This document shows positions 1 through 9,844 of a DNA stretch of 64,000 nt, in pieces (position 1 is the stretch's first letter; every line of letters starts with the position of its first letter). Position numbers and translations under genes: made by a program. Below the pieces are notes generated by a model. The model saw nothing but the letters and a program-made list of their open reading frames with translations, was not told the origin of the DNA and ran no database searches. Origin of the DNA: Pelagibacteraceae bacterium AG-461-B04 (lineage in GTDB: Bacteria; Pseudomonadota; Alphaproteobacteria; Pelagibacterales; AG-422-B15); the NCBI GenBank assembly GCA_003211835.1, contig QCRN01000001.1, forward strand, positions 3,134-67,133, read 5' to 3'.

Positions 1-864
1 AAATTTTGTTATATTACATTACGTGAACAGCTCTACTTAGATGAATACAGCTTTAGACTAGCTTATTCAAAAATTGAAAGACGAAAAAATTATAAAGAAA
101 TAAGGCACCCACTATTAAGGGAAATTCTGAGATATTATAAATTAAAAAATATTGAAATTCACTCTGATTCAGACCTTCCTTCTAATAGCGGATTAGGAAC
201 TAGCTCTAGTTTTGGTGTTGGATTATTAAATTGTGTAAATCAACATTTAAAATTAAATTTAAAAAAAAGAGATATGGCGAATCAAGCAATTTTTTTTGAG
301 AGACATGTCTTAAAAGAAGGTGGAGGATTACAAGATCAAATACTTGCCACTTATGGTGGATTAAATCATATATCTTTTAAAAAAAATGAACCCTTTAAAA
401 TAAGAAAAATAAATGTTGCAGAAGAAACCCTAAAAAAATTATCTAACCGCTGTTTTCTTGTAAACATGGTAAATAAAAGAATGAGTTCAAAATTCTCTCC
501 TTCTAATCATATTATAGACAAGCAAACACAAAAAAATCTTTTATTTATTAAATCACTAGTAAAAGAAGGTAGATCTCTATTAGAAAAAGGTAATATAGAT
601 AATTTTGGTAAATTAATGCATGAAAACTGGATGCATAAAAAAAATTTAAGAAAGACTTCTTCGAAACGAATTAATGATGCTTATGATTACTTTATTAGTA
701 AAGGTGCTTTAGGAGGCAAACTACTTGGAGCTGGGGGTGGAGGTTTTTTACTGATAATTTGTAAAAGCAATGAAAAAGAAAAGCTAAAAAAGCTATCAAG
801 AAACTTTAAAACAATTGATTTTGAATTTAATAATTCAGGTAGTGAGGTAATCTATAGTGACTAA
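1..864 (+). CDS. GHMP-family sugar kinase, HddA-like (D-glycero-D-manno-heptose 7-phosphate kinase family); 5' end outside window
   Basis: Frame 1 is open from base 1 to the stop at 862-864; the ORF track starts at internal Met 274. The upstream part encodes GHMP motif II 'PSNSGLGTSSSFGVG'. 'GGLQDQ' and 'GALGGKLLGAGGGGFLL' match HddA-type kinases. Confidence 0.8.
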   Translation, partial: KFCYITLREQLYLDEYSFRLAYSKIERRKNYKEIRHPLLREILRYYKLKNIEIHSDSDLPSNSGLGTSSSFGVGLLNCVNQHLKLNLKKRDMANQAIFFERHVLKEGGGLQDQILATYGGLNHISFKKNEPFKIRKINVAEETLKKLSNRCFLVNMVNKRMSSKFSPSNHIIDKQTQKNLLFIKSLVKEGRSLLEKGNIDNFGKLMHENWMHKKNLRKTSSKRINDAYDYFISKGALGGKLLGAGGGGFLLIICKSNEKEKLKKLSRNFKTIDFEFNNSGSEVIYSD

Positions 865-873
865 CTAATTTAA

Positions 874-1722
874 TTATTTCTCTCTAAAAAACATGTCATC
901 AATTCTTCTTAATTTATAAACATTACTTGAATTTGTTTTCTTAGTAATTTTCTTGATATCATCATAAATTGCACTCAAATGCATGCCAGATATTTTTTTA
1001 TTTTTATTTTGAACAAGTTTATAACATGCTTCAGCTGCAAGGTAAGAGTCAAAACCACCTTGTTTATAGTTTTTTTCGATATCTAAAAAGACCTTCTTAT
1101 CTAATTTTTTTCTATTGCTAAAGACAAGCTTATGTATATTTGTTTTCATAAATCCTGGTGCTAAAGAATAACAATAAAAATTATCTTTTTGTAACTCTAC
1201 CGCTAATGTTTCTGTAAATCTACTAAGACCTGTTTTTGCTGCCGCATAACTTGTAAATCCGGGCATAGGTTTAGTCGCTCCACCACCGGAAATATTAATT
1301 ATTACACCATGATTATTTTTTATTTCAAATATTGGTAAAAATTTTTTTGTTATTGCAACATGTGAGGTAAGATTAGTAAAAATTGATTTCTCCCATTTGG
1401 AAATATTATTTTTTTTGAAAATACCAACTTCTCCATTGTTGCCAGCATTATTTATTAATACATTAATTTTTTTCGAATATTTTAAATAATTTTTAAATAA
1501 TTTATTCACAGAAGTCCTATCAGTAGCTTTATACTTTATAAAATAACAATTTTTATTTTTTTTAATTTGTTTTTCTAATGCCTTTGTTGCTTTATTAATA
1601 CTTGTTACTGATGTACCAGTGATAATAACTTTGTATTTTTTTTCAAGGAATAATCTACTAATGGAAAGACCTAAACCACTGGTTCCGCCAGTAATTAATA
1701 TGCTTTTTATATTTTTCTTCAT
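874..1722 (-). CDS. classical short-chain dehydrogenase/reductase (SDR)
   Basis: 'ITGGTSGLGLS' cofactor motif, 'NNAG', 'YAAAK' (YxxxK). Its start overlaps the upstream gene's stop by 4 nt. Confidence 0.8.
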   Translation of the reverse strand: MKKNIKSILITGGTSGLGLSISRLFLEKKYKVIITGTSVTSINKATKALEKQIKKNKNCYFIKYKATDRTSVNKLFKNYLKYSKKINVLINNAGNNGEVGIFKKNNISKWEKSIFTNLTSHVAITKKFLPIFEIKNNHGVIINISGGGATKPMPGFTSYAAAKTGLSRFTETLAVELQKDNFYCYSLAPGFMKTNIHKLVFSNRKKLDKKVFLDIEKNYKQGGFDSYLAAEACYKLVQNKNKKISGMHLSAIYDDIKKITKKTNSSNVYKLRRIDDMFFREK

Positions 1723-2597
1723 AAATTTCTCTTTATTAAAATCCTAATCATCTTATTTAAATTAACTTTCAAATTAATGTTATATGATTTATTTATCTTA
1801 ATAGATTTTGATGTCAGTGAGAATGCGTTTGGTTTATTGTTTAAATAACTAATCTTTATATCACTTTTAATTTGTTTTTTTATTATTTTAGCTAGCTCAG
1901 ATGCAGAGCAAATAAAACCTGGAATATTAAATACTTCATATTTTTTAAATTTTCGCCAATTTAGGGAAATTCTCACGATGATGCTAGATAAATCATCCTG
2001 GTAGATAAATTTTCTTTTATGCTTACCATTACCAAATATTGTAATCTCTGATTTATTTTTTGCTTCCTTTATAAAATCAGTTAGCATATTTCCAGTTTTA
2101 CTGTTAATACCTACAACAATTGGGATTCTTAATATTACGACATTAACATTTTTTTCTTTATTTTGATTTAGAATATCTTCTGAGATTTTTTTAGAGTTAC
2201 CATATGGGTGAATTGGCATACGTCTATCATTTTCTCTAAAATTAATTCCCTTTCCATATACAGTCTCCGACGACAATTGAATAAATGATAATGATTTTGA
2301 ATTTGAAAAAATATCAATTAATCTCTGAACATAAATTCCATTTATTTTATAAAACAATTCTGGATTTTCCCTAGATACTTTTGCATCCATTAAACCGGAA
2401 CAATTGATCAAAATACAATTTGTATTCTGTGTTATATTTTTTAAAAAGGCTCTTTTGATAGAACTCTTACTTTTTAGATCAAAAGTAGGTAAATCAAAAA
2501 TCTTAACTTGCTTATTCTTTAGCCTTAATTGTTTGAGGATATTTTTTCCTATCAGACCTTTGTAGCCAATTAGGATGTAAAGATTTTTTTCTTTCAA
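1719..2597 (-). CDS. NAD-dependent epimerase/dehydratase family protein (extended SDR)
   Basis: 'GYKGLIGKN' Rossmann motif, 'SSETVYG', 'YGNSK' (YxxxK). Lies in a sugar-modification operon. Confidence 0.65.
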   Translation of the reverse strand: MKEKNLYILIGYKGLIGKNILKQLRLKNKQVKIFDLPTFDLKSKSSIKRAFLKNITQNTNCILINCSGLMDAKVSRENPELFYKINGIYVQRLIDIFSNSKSLSFIQLSSETVYGKGINFRENDRRMPIHPYGNSKKISEDILNQNKEKNVNVVILRIPIVVGINSKTGNMLTDFIKEAKNKSEITIFGNGKHKRKFIYQDDLSSIIVRISLNWRKFKKYEVFNIPGFICSASELAKIIKKQIKSDIKISYLNNKPNAFSLTSKSIKINKSYNINLKVNLNKMIRILIKRNL

Positions 2598-2604
2598 TTT
2601 CTTA

Positions 2605-3564
2605 TTACAATCTTATGTCTTTATTATTAAAATTTTTTTCAAACCAATTATAAGTACTTCTAAAACCTCTCTCAATATTGTATTTTGGCCTAAACTTAAC
2701 TAAGTATTTTTTTTGATTTTTTATCGAAAATTTTCTTTCTTTAGCTCCCATCGGTTTTGAAGTGTCAAAATTTATTTTGCCTTTATACTTAGAAATCTTT
2801 TTTAAAGTACTTACAACTTCGTTTATAGAAGTTGTTTTGCCAGTTGCAATATTGAGTGGTAATTCAGGATTAGAATAATAGATTGCTGAGATTATGAGTG
2901 CATCAGCTACATCACCACAATATATAAAGTCTCTTTTTGAAGTTCCATCGCCCCAGACCTCAATTTTATTTTCATTATTTTTTTTTGCAAAAAAGAATTT
3001 TCTAATCAATGCTGGTATTACATGAGACTTTTCTAAATTAAAATTATCATACTCACCATAAATATTACTTGGAATTAAGTTAATTGAACATAAGCTCTTC
3101 TGATTAGCATATGCCTTTGATTGAAGAATATTCATTTTTTTCGCTAAGCTATATGGTGCACTTTCAGTCTGAGGATAACCATCCCATATCTCTTCTTCTT
3201 TCATGGGATTAATAAGAGGATAACCACATCCTGCCCCTAAATTTATTAATTTTTTTACATTATGTCTTGATGACTCAAAAAAAGTATTGGCACCAATCAT
3301 TATATTATCGTAATAGAAATCTGCTGGTGAAAGACGATTATCTAAAATTCCACCAACTTTTGCTGCTAAAGCGAATACAATTGATGGCTTAAAATCTTTA
3401 AAAAGTTTTTTTGTCTGAACAGGACTCCTTAAATCAAAATTTTTTGATGAAGGGCAGTAAAGGCTTTTTACTCCCATTTTTTTTAACTTTATATCTAGAT
3501 GTTTTCCAACAAAACCATTTCCCCCTGTTACTAAGATTCTTTCATGTCTTAAATTAATTCTCAT
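2605..3564 (-). CDS. GDP-L-fucose synthase-like (Fcl/GMER family) GDP-4-keto-6-deoxy-sugar epimerase/reductase
   Basis: 'LVTGGNGFVGKHL', 'AAKVGGI', 'PADFYYDN', 'YSLAKK' and 'NIYG..DNF....SHVIPALIRKF' are collinear with E. coli Fcl as I remember it. Confidence 0.75.
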   Translation of the reverse strand: MRINLRHERILVTGGNGFVGKHLDIKLKKMGVKSLYCPSSKNFDLRSPVQTKKLFKDFKPSIVFALAAKVGGILDNRLSPADFYYDNIMIGANTFFESSRHNVKKLINLGAGCGYPLINPMKEEEIWDGYPQTESAPYSLAKKMNILQSKAYANQKSLCSINLIPSNIYGEYDNFNLEKSHVIPALIRKFFFAKKNNENKIEVWGDGTSKRDFIYCGDVADALIISAIYYSNPELPLNIATGKTTSINEVVSTLKKISKYKGKINFDTSKPMGAKERKFSIKNQKKYLVKFRPKYNIERGFRSTYNWFEKNFNNKDIRL

Positions 3565-4496
3565 ACATTTCCGTATTTATTAAATTTAAGCAGGTTATAA
3601 ATCTTAATTAATTCTTGAATTCCTTCTTCAATAGTAACTTTTGGAACCCATCCAGTACTCTCTAACTTTTGATTGCTGACAATGTAGTCTCTTTTGTCAG
3701 GATCATTCTCATAATCAGAAATATTGACATAAAAATTAGGTAAATATTGTTTTATTTTGTCACATAATTCAAGTTTAGTAAGATTTGCATTGCTCAAACC
3801 CATATTAAATACATTATCTTTCATTGTACTCATATTGTTTATCGCATGTAAAAATGTATACCCTACATCACGAACATGAATAAAATTTCTTTTAAAATGG
3901 GGTTCGAATAAAACAATAAATTTATCTTTGACAGCTCTTTGAACGAAATCATTAACTAAAAGATCAGTTCTTAACCTTGGCGCGATTCCAAATACAGTAG
4001 CTAATCTAAATGATATTGAATTTTGTCTATTCATTACCTTCTTTTCTGACTCTACCTTCCATTTCGCATAGCCACTTAAAGGCTTTAAAGGACTTTCTTC
4101 AGTACATAATTCATTTTGCTCACCAACTCCATACCCACTATTTGTATTTGGATAAATAATATTTTGATTAGGTGACAATAAATTACAAATATCAGAAATA
4201 ATTTCATAATTAATTTTTTTTGAGTAAGTTTCATTTACCCTACACATCGGTGCACCCACATATCCAGCTAGTGGGATAATAAAATCTGCTTTAGTTAATT
4301 CTAACTTGTAATTATTTATATCTAGTACATCTGACTTAATAAAATTAAAATTATTGTAACTACACGCTTTTGCCAGTGACATTTCATTGAACATTAATTT
4401 ATCAACTACAGTAACTTCAAAATTATTCTCTAATAAAAGCTCTGTTAAAAATGACCCTATGTATCCTGCGCCACCTGTAATTAAGATTTTTTTCAT
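3561..4496 (-). CDS. NAD-dependent epimerase/dehydratase (extended SDR)
   Basis: 'ILITGGAGYIGSFL' and 'SGYAKWK' (YxxxK). 4-nt overlaps with both neighbours. Confidence 0.75.
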   Translation of the reverse strand: MKKILITGGAGYIGSFLTELLLENNFEVTVVDKLMFNEMSLAKACSYNNFNFIKSDVLDINNYKLELTKADFIIPLAGYVGAPMCRVNETYSKKINYEIISDICNLLSPNQNIIYPNTNSGYGVGEQNELCTEESPLKPLSGYAKWKVESEKKVMNRQNSISFRLATVFGIAPRLRTDLLVNDFVQRAVKDKFIVLFEPHFKRNFIHVRDVGYTFLHAINNMSTMKDNVFNMGLSNANLTKLELCDKIKQYLPNFYVNISDYENDPDKRDYIVSNQKLESTGWVPKVTIEEGIQELIKIYNLLKFNKYGNV

Positions 4497-5248
4497 ATAT
4501 CAAACTTAATTTTTTTTATCTTATACCTTATTATCATAGCAATTAGATCTTTCAAAGATTTATAGATGCTTCCTTTAGGAAGTTTTGTTGAAGTTTTTTT
4601 ATACCTAATTGGTACTTCAGCCCAGTTAAGTCTATTTAGTAAATACCTTTGTTCAGTATTATAAAAGTGATTATCGCTTTTGATATGGTCTTTCCAATTT
4701 CTTACGAGGATTTTCAATGCTTTTGATGAAAAGCAATCAAACCCACTAGTTAGGTCTGTCATTTCAGTAGAAAAAAATATTTTAGTCATTACAGTTCCAA
4801 GTCTACTCACTAATTGTCTAGAAATGGGTCCATTGTATGAACCCTTATGTGAAAATCTGCTTCCACAAATATAATCATAATTTTCGTTAATTTTCATAAC
4901 AAACTTTCCAATATCTTCTGGGTTATGAGCAAATCCAGCATCCATTGCCAAAAAATAATCATAATTCGTGTTTACGAGATTATTGTAAGTTTGATACCAA
5001 GTATTTGGATGAGATTTAGAATTTGCAACATTCATAATTTCAATTTTATCAAATTTTTTAATTTGCAGTTCACTTATAATTTCTGATGTCTTGCGTGTTG
5101 TTTTTTTATCTTTTACAAAAAATATTTTAAAATTATATATATTTAATTTGCTTAAAGCATCAATGAGACTTATTGTAAATTCATCAATGGTTTTTTCTTC
5201 GCTCCCAAGTGTCAATATAACTGCCAAATTAAGATTTATTGTTTCCAT
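4493..5248 (-). CDS. GT2 glycosyltransferase, DPM1/ArnC/GtrB-like (polyprenyl-phosphate sugar synthase type)
   Basis: GT-A pattern: N-terminal beta strand 'LAVILTLGSEEKTI', 'FLAMDAGFAHNPEDI' (DxD-like), 'GSRF'. The ORF track starts at TTG 5272; ATG at 5246-5248 ('METINL...') is the more likely start. Confidence 0.65.
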   Translation of the reverse strand: METINLNLAVILTLGSEEKTIDEFTISLIDALSKLNIYNFKIFFVKDKKTTRKTSEIISELQIKKFDKIEIMNVANSKSHPNTWYQTYNNLVNTNYDYFLAMDAGFAHNPEDIGKFVMKINENYDYICGSRFSHKGSYNGPISRQLVSRLGTVMTKIFFSTEMTDLTSGFDCFSSKALKILVRNWKDHIKSDNHFYNTEQRYLLNRLNWAEVPIRYKKTSTKLPKGSIYKSLKDLIAMIIRYKIKKIKFDI

Positions 5249-5276
5249 GTTAATTCCATTTTTAAAAAACAATAAA

Positions 5277-6827
5277 ATGTTTTTATGTTTAGCAATTATT
5301 ATATTATTTATAAACTTTTTACATCAGTTTATTTATGGTCCAAAATTATGGGTTGATAGCATATTTCATATAGCGTACGCAGAGTCATTTAATTTTATTA
5401 ATGGTTATGATGAATGGTTTAATAACCGGGGAGGATATTTTTATTTTCATGAAGGTCTAGGTTTTACACTACTGTGGAAACTATCAAATATATTTGGAAT
5501 AAAATACTCATGGCTATTATTTTCTTTTATTCAACATACATTTTTTTCATTTTCTATTTTGTTTTTTTTATTTTCTCTTAGAATCTTTAATCAAAATAAA
5601 TTAATTGAATTTTTCTTAGGTTTAATTTTAATTATACTTTTTTGTTCAAATTTATATTTTGGTTTTTTTAATAGTAGCTTTATGACTGAGTCAATTGCTA
5701 TATCATTTTTAATATTTTCACTATCTACTTCATTAATTTTCTCTGTTTCACCAAATCCTAGATTTTGGACCTATACATTTATAATGTTAATTTTTTTATT
5801 AATTGTTTCTCAAATGAGAATTCATTGGGGGGCTTTTATAGTAATATTTTATTTTTATGGAATGCTTAAAAAAGAAAGTTTAATTAGTTATAAAACACTC
5901 TTATTTATATGTATTTCTTTATCTTTTTTATTTATAAACTCATTAAATGCATACATAAATATTAAAGAAACTTATTTTACGATAAGTGGGCCAAGCAAAC
6001 TTGTAAATTTATCTCGATATACTCCAAACAGCGAGGAACTTTATCCATCTGACAAGATATCTGAAATACTAAATCAAAAAGGAATACCAATTAGAATTAA
6101 AGAAGACTTAAGTCAAACAAGCTTTCATTCTATTTTTTCAAACTATGATAATGCAACAGAATTAATAAATTTCTGGATATCCCAAGGAATGAGCATCAAA
6201 GAAATTAATGTTCTTTGCAATGATATTATTGATTTATTGTATGAAAATAGAGCATTTATAAATCACATTAATCAATTAAAAATTAATATGTTTCTTAATT
6301 CAAATGGATTAACGTTTATTCGAAGTCATTTTAATCATGAAACAAACAGGAATGAATTTATTAGTTACTATAATTATCTTTCTAATGGGGATAGCAAAAT
6401 TCTTACTCATAATCGGGCAAAATCTTGGTTTATCTTCGGAGAGATATGGGATATTTTCGAGTCTAGAGACAAAAATTTTAGAGCAATCGACCCATGGTTC
6501 TATGGTTCAAAATGGTACAATTCGAATGAATGTAGTACATTTTGTAGAATAATAAAGCACCTATATATTGAAGACGGTCGCGTAAATCATGAAATTATAA
6601 CTATACTTGGTTTAATAAGCTTAATATTCTTGTTATATTTTGATAAATATCTAACCTTAAGCTTTACATCTATCTTAATTATTAATGGTTTTATTTCTCA
6701 GGCAAATTTGTTATCTGATGCACGAATAATGGTACCTTCATATACAATATATATTTTAGCTTTTGTAATATTCAGTGGATATTTGATGAATACTGTCATG
6801 CAGGCGCATAATAAAAATGTAAGTTAA
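5277..6827 (+). CDS. large polytopic membrane protein, possible GT-C-fold glycosyltransferase
   Basis: Start trimmed to Met63 of ORF 5091..6827, because the upstream part overlaps the GT2 gene. About 8 hydrophobic helices, then a ~200-aa soluble region, then C-terminal helices. First loop is 'WVDSIFHIAYAESF'. No family recognised with certainty. Confidence 0.5.
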   Translation: MFLCLAIIILFINFLHQFIYGPKLWVDSIFHIAYAESFNFINGYDEWFNNRGGYFYFHEGLGFTLLWKLSNIFGIKYSWLLFSFIQHTFFSFSILFFLFSLRIFNQNKLIEFFLGLILIILFCSNLYFGFFNSSFMTESIAISFLIFSLSTSLIFSVSPNPRFWTYTFIMLIFLLIVSQMRIHWGAFIVIFYFYGMLKKESLISYKTLLFICISLSFLFINSLNAYINIKETYFTISGPSKLVNLSRYTPNSEELYPSDKISEILNQKGIPIRIKEDLSQTSFHSIFSNYDNATELINFWISQGMSIKEINVLCNDIIDLLYENRAFINHINQLKINMFLNSNGLTFIRSHFNHETNRNEFISYYNYLSNGDSKILTHNRAKSWFIFGEIWDIFESRDKNFRAIDPWFYGSKWYNSNECSTFCRIIKHLYIEDGRVNHEIITILGLISLIFLLYFDKYLTLSFTSILIINGFISQANLLSDARIMVPSYTIYILAFVIFSGYLMNTVMQAHNKNVS

Positions 6828-8095
6828 TAGTCTAAATCAAATAACACAAATTCGTCTATTACCTGAGTTTTTTTTATAATTAACTCTTTACTGATAATTT
6901 CATAAATCTTTTTGTGAGTAACTAGAAAATGATTTTTTATATCAATATCTTTTAAATTAATTTCTATTTTAAAACCATTATAAAGCTCATTCAAATTTCT
7001 ATCTGTTTTTGAGCTTGCATAGTTATAAGGGATGAGGTTTATATTATTTTCTTTGGGTTTAGTAAAATTAGTATTTGAAATAAAAACTAAATTTAATTTT
7101 TCATAAATTTGTGATAAATATGAGAGTTGATTATCAATTGATAATAATAGAAATTTTTTTCTTTTATTTTTTTCAATAATTTCAAGAATTGGAAGATGCT
7201 CGGGTTTAATTATTTTACTTTTAATATGATCATAATATTTTATAAAGATAGTAAACGAAATATTTAATCTCATAATATTATAAAAAATCTTAATTAATAC
7301 CAAAAGAAAATTTAACTTTTCTCTAATAAGATATTTTTTACCTGACAGTATATATTTTGTTAAGTGATCAGATTTCTTTCTTACTTTTGTGCGTACTGGA
7401 TATAATCCTCGGGACTGAAGAGAATTACTATGAATTGCATGATCATCGTCGATTGAGGCAAATATTTCTTTTTTTATAAAACCGATTTTTAATGGCAACC
7501 ACGAATGTTGTTCACTATTTTTCTCAAATCCAAATGGGGTATATTTACTCCAAACACCTGGATTATTATCTAATAATATCTTATTAAATAATTCTTTCTT
7601 CATTAGTGACCCATAAGATATTATAAATGGACCATTTTTAATTCCATCAAAATCTTTTTTGCTCATTAATTTGAAATACATGTATTTTGTATTTTCAAAT
7701 TTATTAATGTCAAAAAAATTTGATATATCATAGCTATATGTATATCTTGCAATATCTAAATCAAATTTGTAAACCTCTTTCAAATAATCATTAAAGTAAT
7801 TTTTATTCATACATATTTGATCTTCCAACCAGCAAAAAATATACTTAAATTTTATTTTATTAGTAAGAATGTATGTATCGTGAAACCATCCAAAACCACT
7901 ATTAATGTTAAAAAGAGATTGTATCCCCTGTCTTCTAAGAAAACTTATTGCCTCATTTGAATATTTTCCTCTAATATTAATCACGAATTCATTAAACAAC
8001 GTCTTATCTATACTTTTAAATGAGTCCTCCATTCTAATAAGGTTCTCTTTTGAGTTCACAAAAATATTTGCAAAAAATAATAGTTTATTTGTCAT
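6824..8095 (-). CDS. hypothetical protein (possible GT-A-like N-terminal domain)
   Basis: Long ORF in operon context. 'CWLEDQ' could be a DxD-like motif. Hydrophobic segment 'LNFLLVLIKIFYNIM'. No confident family. Confidence 0.5.
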   Translation of the reverse strand: MTNKLLFFANIFVNSKENLIRMEDSFKSIDKTLFNEFVINIRGKYSNEAISFLRRQGIQSLFNINSGFGWFHDTYILTNKIKFKYIFCWLEDQICMNKNYFNDYLKEVYKFDLDIARYTYSYDISNFFDINKFENTKYMYFKLMSKKDFDGIKNGPFIISYGSLMKKELFNKILLDNNPGVWSKYTPFGFEKNSEQHSWLPLKIGFIKKEIFASIDDDHAIHSNSLQSRGLYPVRTKVRKKSDHLTKYILSGKKYLIREKLNFLLVLIKIFYNIMRLNISFTIFIKYYDHIKSKIIKPEHLPILEIIEKNKRKKFLLLSIDNQLSYLSQIYEKLNLVFISNTNFTKPKENNINLIPYNYASSKTDRNLNELYNGFKIEINLKDIDIKNHFLVTHKKIYEIISKELIIKKTQVIDEFVLFDLDY

Positions 8096-8127
8096 AAAAA
8101 TATTCTTTTTGATGAAATATTTTATAT

Positions 8128-8580
8128 TTACAATTTACGAATCAATTTTGCTGGGTTTCCGGCATAGACCCCTTTTTCATTTAAATCTTTTGTAACAACA
8201 CTTCCTGCGCCAATCACACAACCACTGCAAACATTAACTGGTAAAATTGTTGAGCCAGATCCAATCATTACTTTATCGTGTATAAATGTCTCTTTCCAAT
8301 TTTCAATACTGCCTCCTCGGCTACCCTCTCTAAAGAGATCATTAACAAAATTTACTCCATGACCAACGAAGCAGTCTTTTCCAATAGTTACAAGTTCACA
8401 TACAAAACTATGAGACGAGATTCTTGAATTTTCTCCGACCTTAACTCCTTTTTGAATCTCTACAAAAGGCCCAATAAAAACATTTCTACCTAAAGTACAA
8501 TCGTATAGATTTACTGGCTCAATTATCTCACAGTTTTCTCCTGTCTTAATATTTCTAATTTGACTTTGAATTAATTTCAT
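8128..8580 (-). CDS. left-handed beta-helix (hexapeptide) sugar N-acetyltransferase, WbpD/WlbB/QdtC-like
   Basis: Hexapeptide repeats ('IGPFVEIQKGVKVGENSRI', 'IGSGSTILPVNVCSGCVIGAGSVVTKD', 'AGNPAK') and a 'NDLF' loop typical of amino-sugar N-acetyltransferases. Confidence 0.75.
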   Translation of the reverse strand: MKLIQSQIRNIKTGENCEIIEPVNLYDCTLGRNVFIGPFVEIQKGVKVGENSRISSHSFVCELVTIGKDCFVGHGVNFVNDLFREGSRGGSIENWKETFIHDKVMIGSGSTILPVNVCSGCVIGAGSVVTKDLNEKGVYAGNPAKLIRKL

Positions 8581-8582
8581 AA

Positions 8583-9755
8583 TTAAATCCCACTAGTTAT
8601 CATTTCTTCAAATTCTAGTACTCTTTTCTCATAAGTATGCATTTTTAAAATTCTTTGTTGTGATTTTTTACCTATCTCAATTGCTTTTTCTGGATATTTT
8701 TGCAAATAGTTAACTTTTTCAAGTAAATCATCTTTGTTTTTAAATGTTATTATTTCATTATCAATATCAAATAAATCTTTTAATCCATCAAAAAAATCTG
8801 TTACCAAACAACAACCAACACCTGGACCCTCAAAAAGTCTTATATTAGCAGGGAAATTTAATCCATTAATATGCTTGTTAATTACAATTAAGTATTTGTT
8901 TAATTTTTTAAATTGATTAATTCCGAAAAGATTTTCTGCTAATGAAACTCTTGAAATATAATTCATTTCTCTATAAAAATTTAATTCTTTCATAAGATTA
9001 AAATCTCTATAGTCAGTCAATTTCAATAATTTGAATAAAAAATTTTTTGCATAACTCATATAATTATAATCATTTACATTAGAATAAATATTAAGATTAT
9101 TAAATTCCATATTTCTAATTAGGTAATTTAAATATTCTGCTCTTTCTCCATGCAGTTGTCTCTCTAAATAAATACTTCCAATAAAAGCTAAATTTTTTTT
9201 TGGTAAATTTGTATCAACTGCTTTTAAGATTTTATGATCAAAAGCATAATGAATTTGAGAGCACGCAACTTCATCCTTTAATTGATTTCTTATGTCGTGA
9301 CTTGAGGTAAATATTTTATCAATATAATGGAATTTTTTTAAATATTGTAATTTATTATTTAATATTCCTTGCCATAAAATGATATTTTTTACGAACTTAA
9401 ATTCTTGCTTGATATATTTTAAAGCCTCGAATGAAAAAAAAGATTCTGATGTCATAAATATTATGTCAGGCTTATATTTTTCTATTTGTTTAAAAGCTAC
9501 TTTAAATTTCCAATCTCTATCAAAATTAATACTATTTTCTTTTGCCCATAATTTCTGGAAGTAAAAACTGTTTACTATGATATTTTTAATCTCAAATTTT
9601 TTATTATTTAAATAATAAGGCCACCTATGACTTTCTATAAACTCATTTTCAATTAACCTTAATATATCTCTTGTAGAATTTATCTTAAGAGCAAATTTAT
9701 CATAAAATTGGTTTAAGGCCCTTTCATAGTAAGTTGTAAATTGCAAATATTTCAT
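8583..9755 (-). CDS. CgeB-like / GT1-like glycosyltransferase domain protein
   Basis: The C-terminus 'FEGPGVGCCLVTDFFDGLKDLF...ITFKNKDDLLEKVNYL' resembles the Glyco_trans_1_2/DUF3880 (CgeB) family. Confidence 0.5.
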   Translation of the reverse strand: MKYLQFTTYYERALNQFYDKFALKINSTRDILRLIENEFIESHRWPYYLNNKKFEIKNIIVNSFYFQKLWAKENSINFDRDWKFKVAFKQIEKYKPDIIFMTSESFFSFEALKYIKQEFKFVKNIILWQGILNNKLQYLKKFHYIDKIFTSSHDIRNQLKDEVACSQIHYAFDHKILKAVDTNLPKKNLAFIGSIYLERQLHGERAEYLNYLIRNMEFNNLNIYSNVNDYNYMSYAKNFLFKLLKLTDYRDFNLMKELNFYREMNYISRVSLAENLFGINQFKKLNKYLIVINKHINGLNFPANIRLFEGPGVGCCLVTDFFDGLKDLFDIDNEIITFKNKDDLLEKVNYLQKYPEKAIEIGKKSQQRILKMHTYEKRVLEFEEMITSGI

Positions 9756-9844
9756 AACTATTTAGATGATTCTAACATAGAGAATTTTTTTTATTCTGAT
9801 ATAGTGTTATTAGTTTTTCAATCAAAAAGTATATACGATTCTTT

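Noticed and set aside
5091-5276. N-terminal 62 codons of ORF 5091..6827
   Set aside because: They overlap the oppositely oriented GT2 gene almost to its start and are not hydrophobic or membrane-like. The internal Met at 5277 begins the first TM helix, so the extension is probably not translated.
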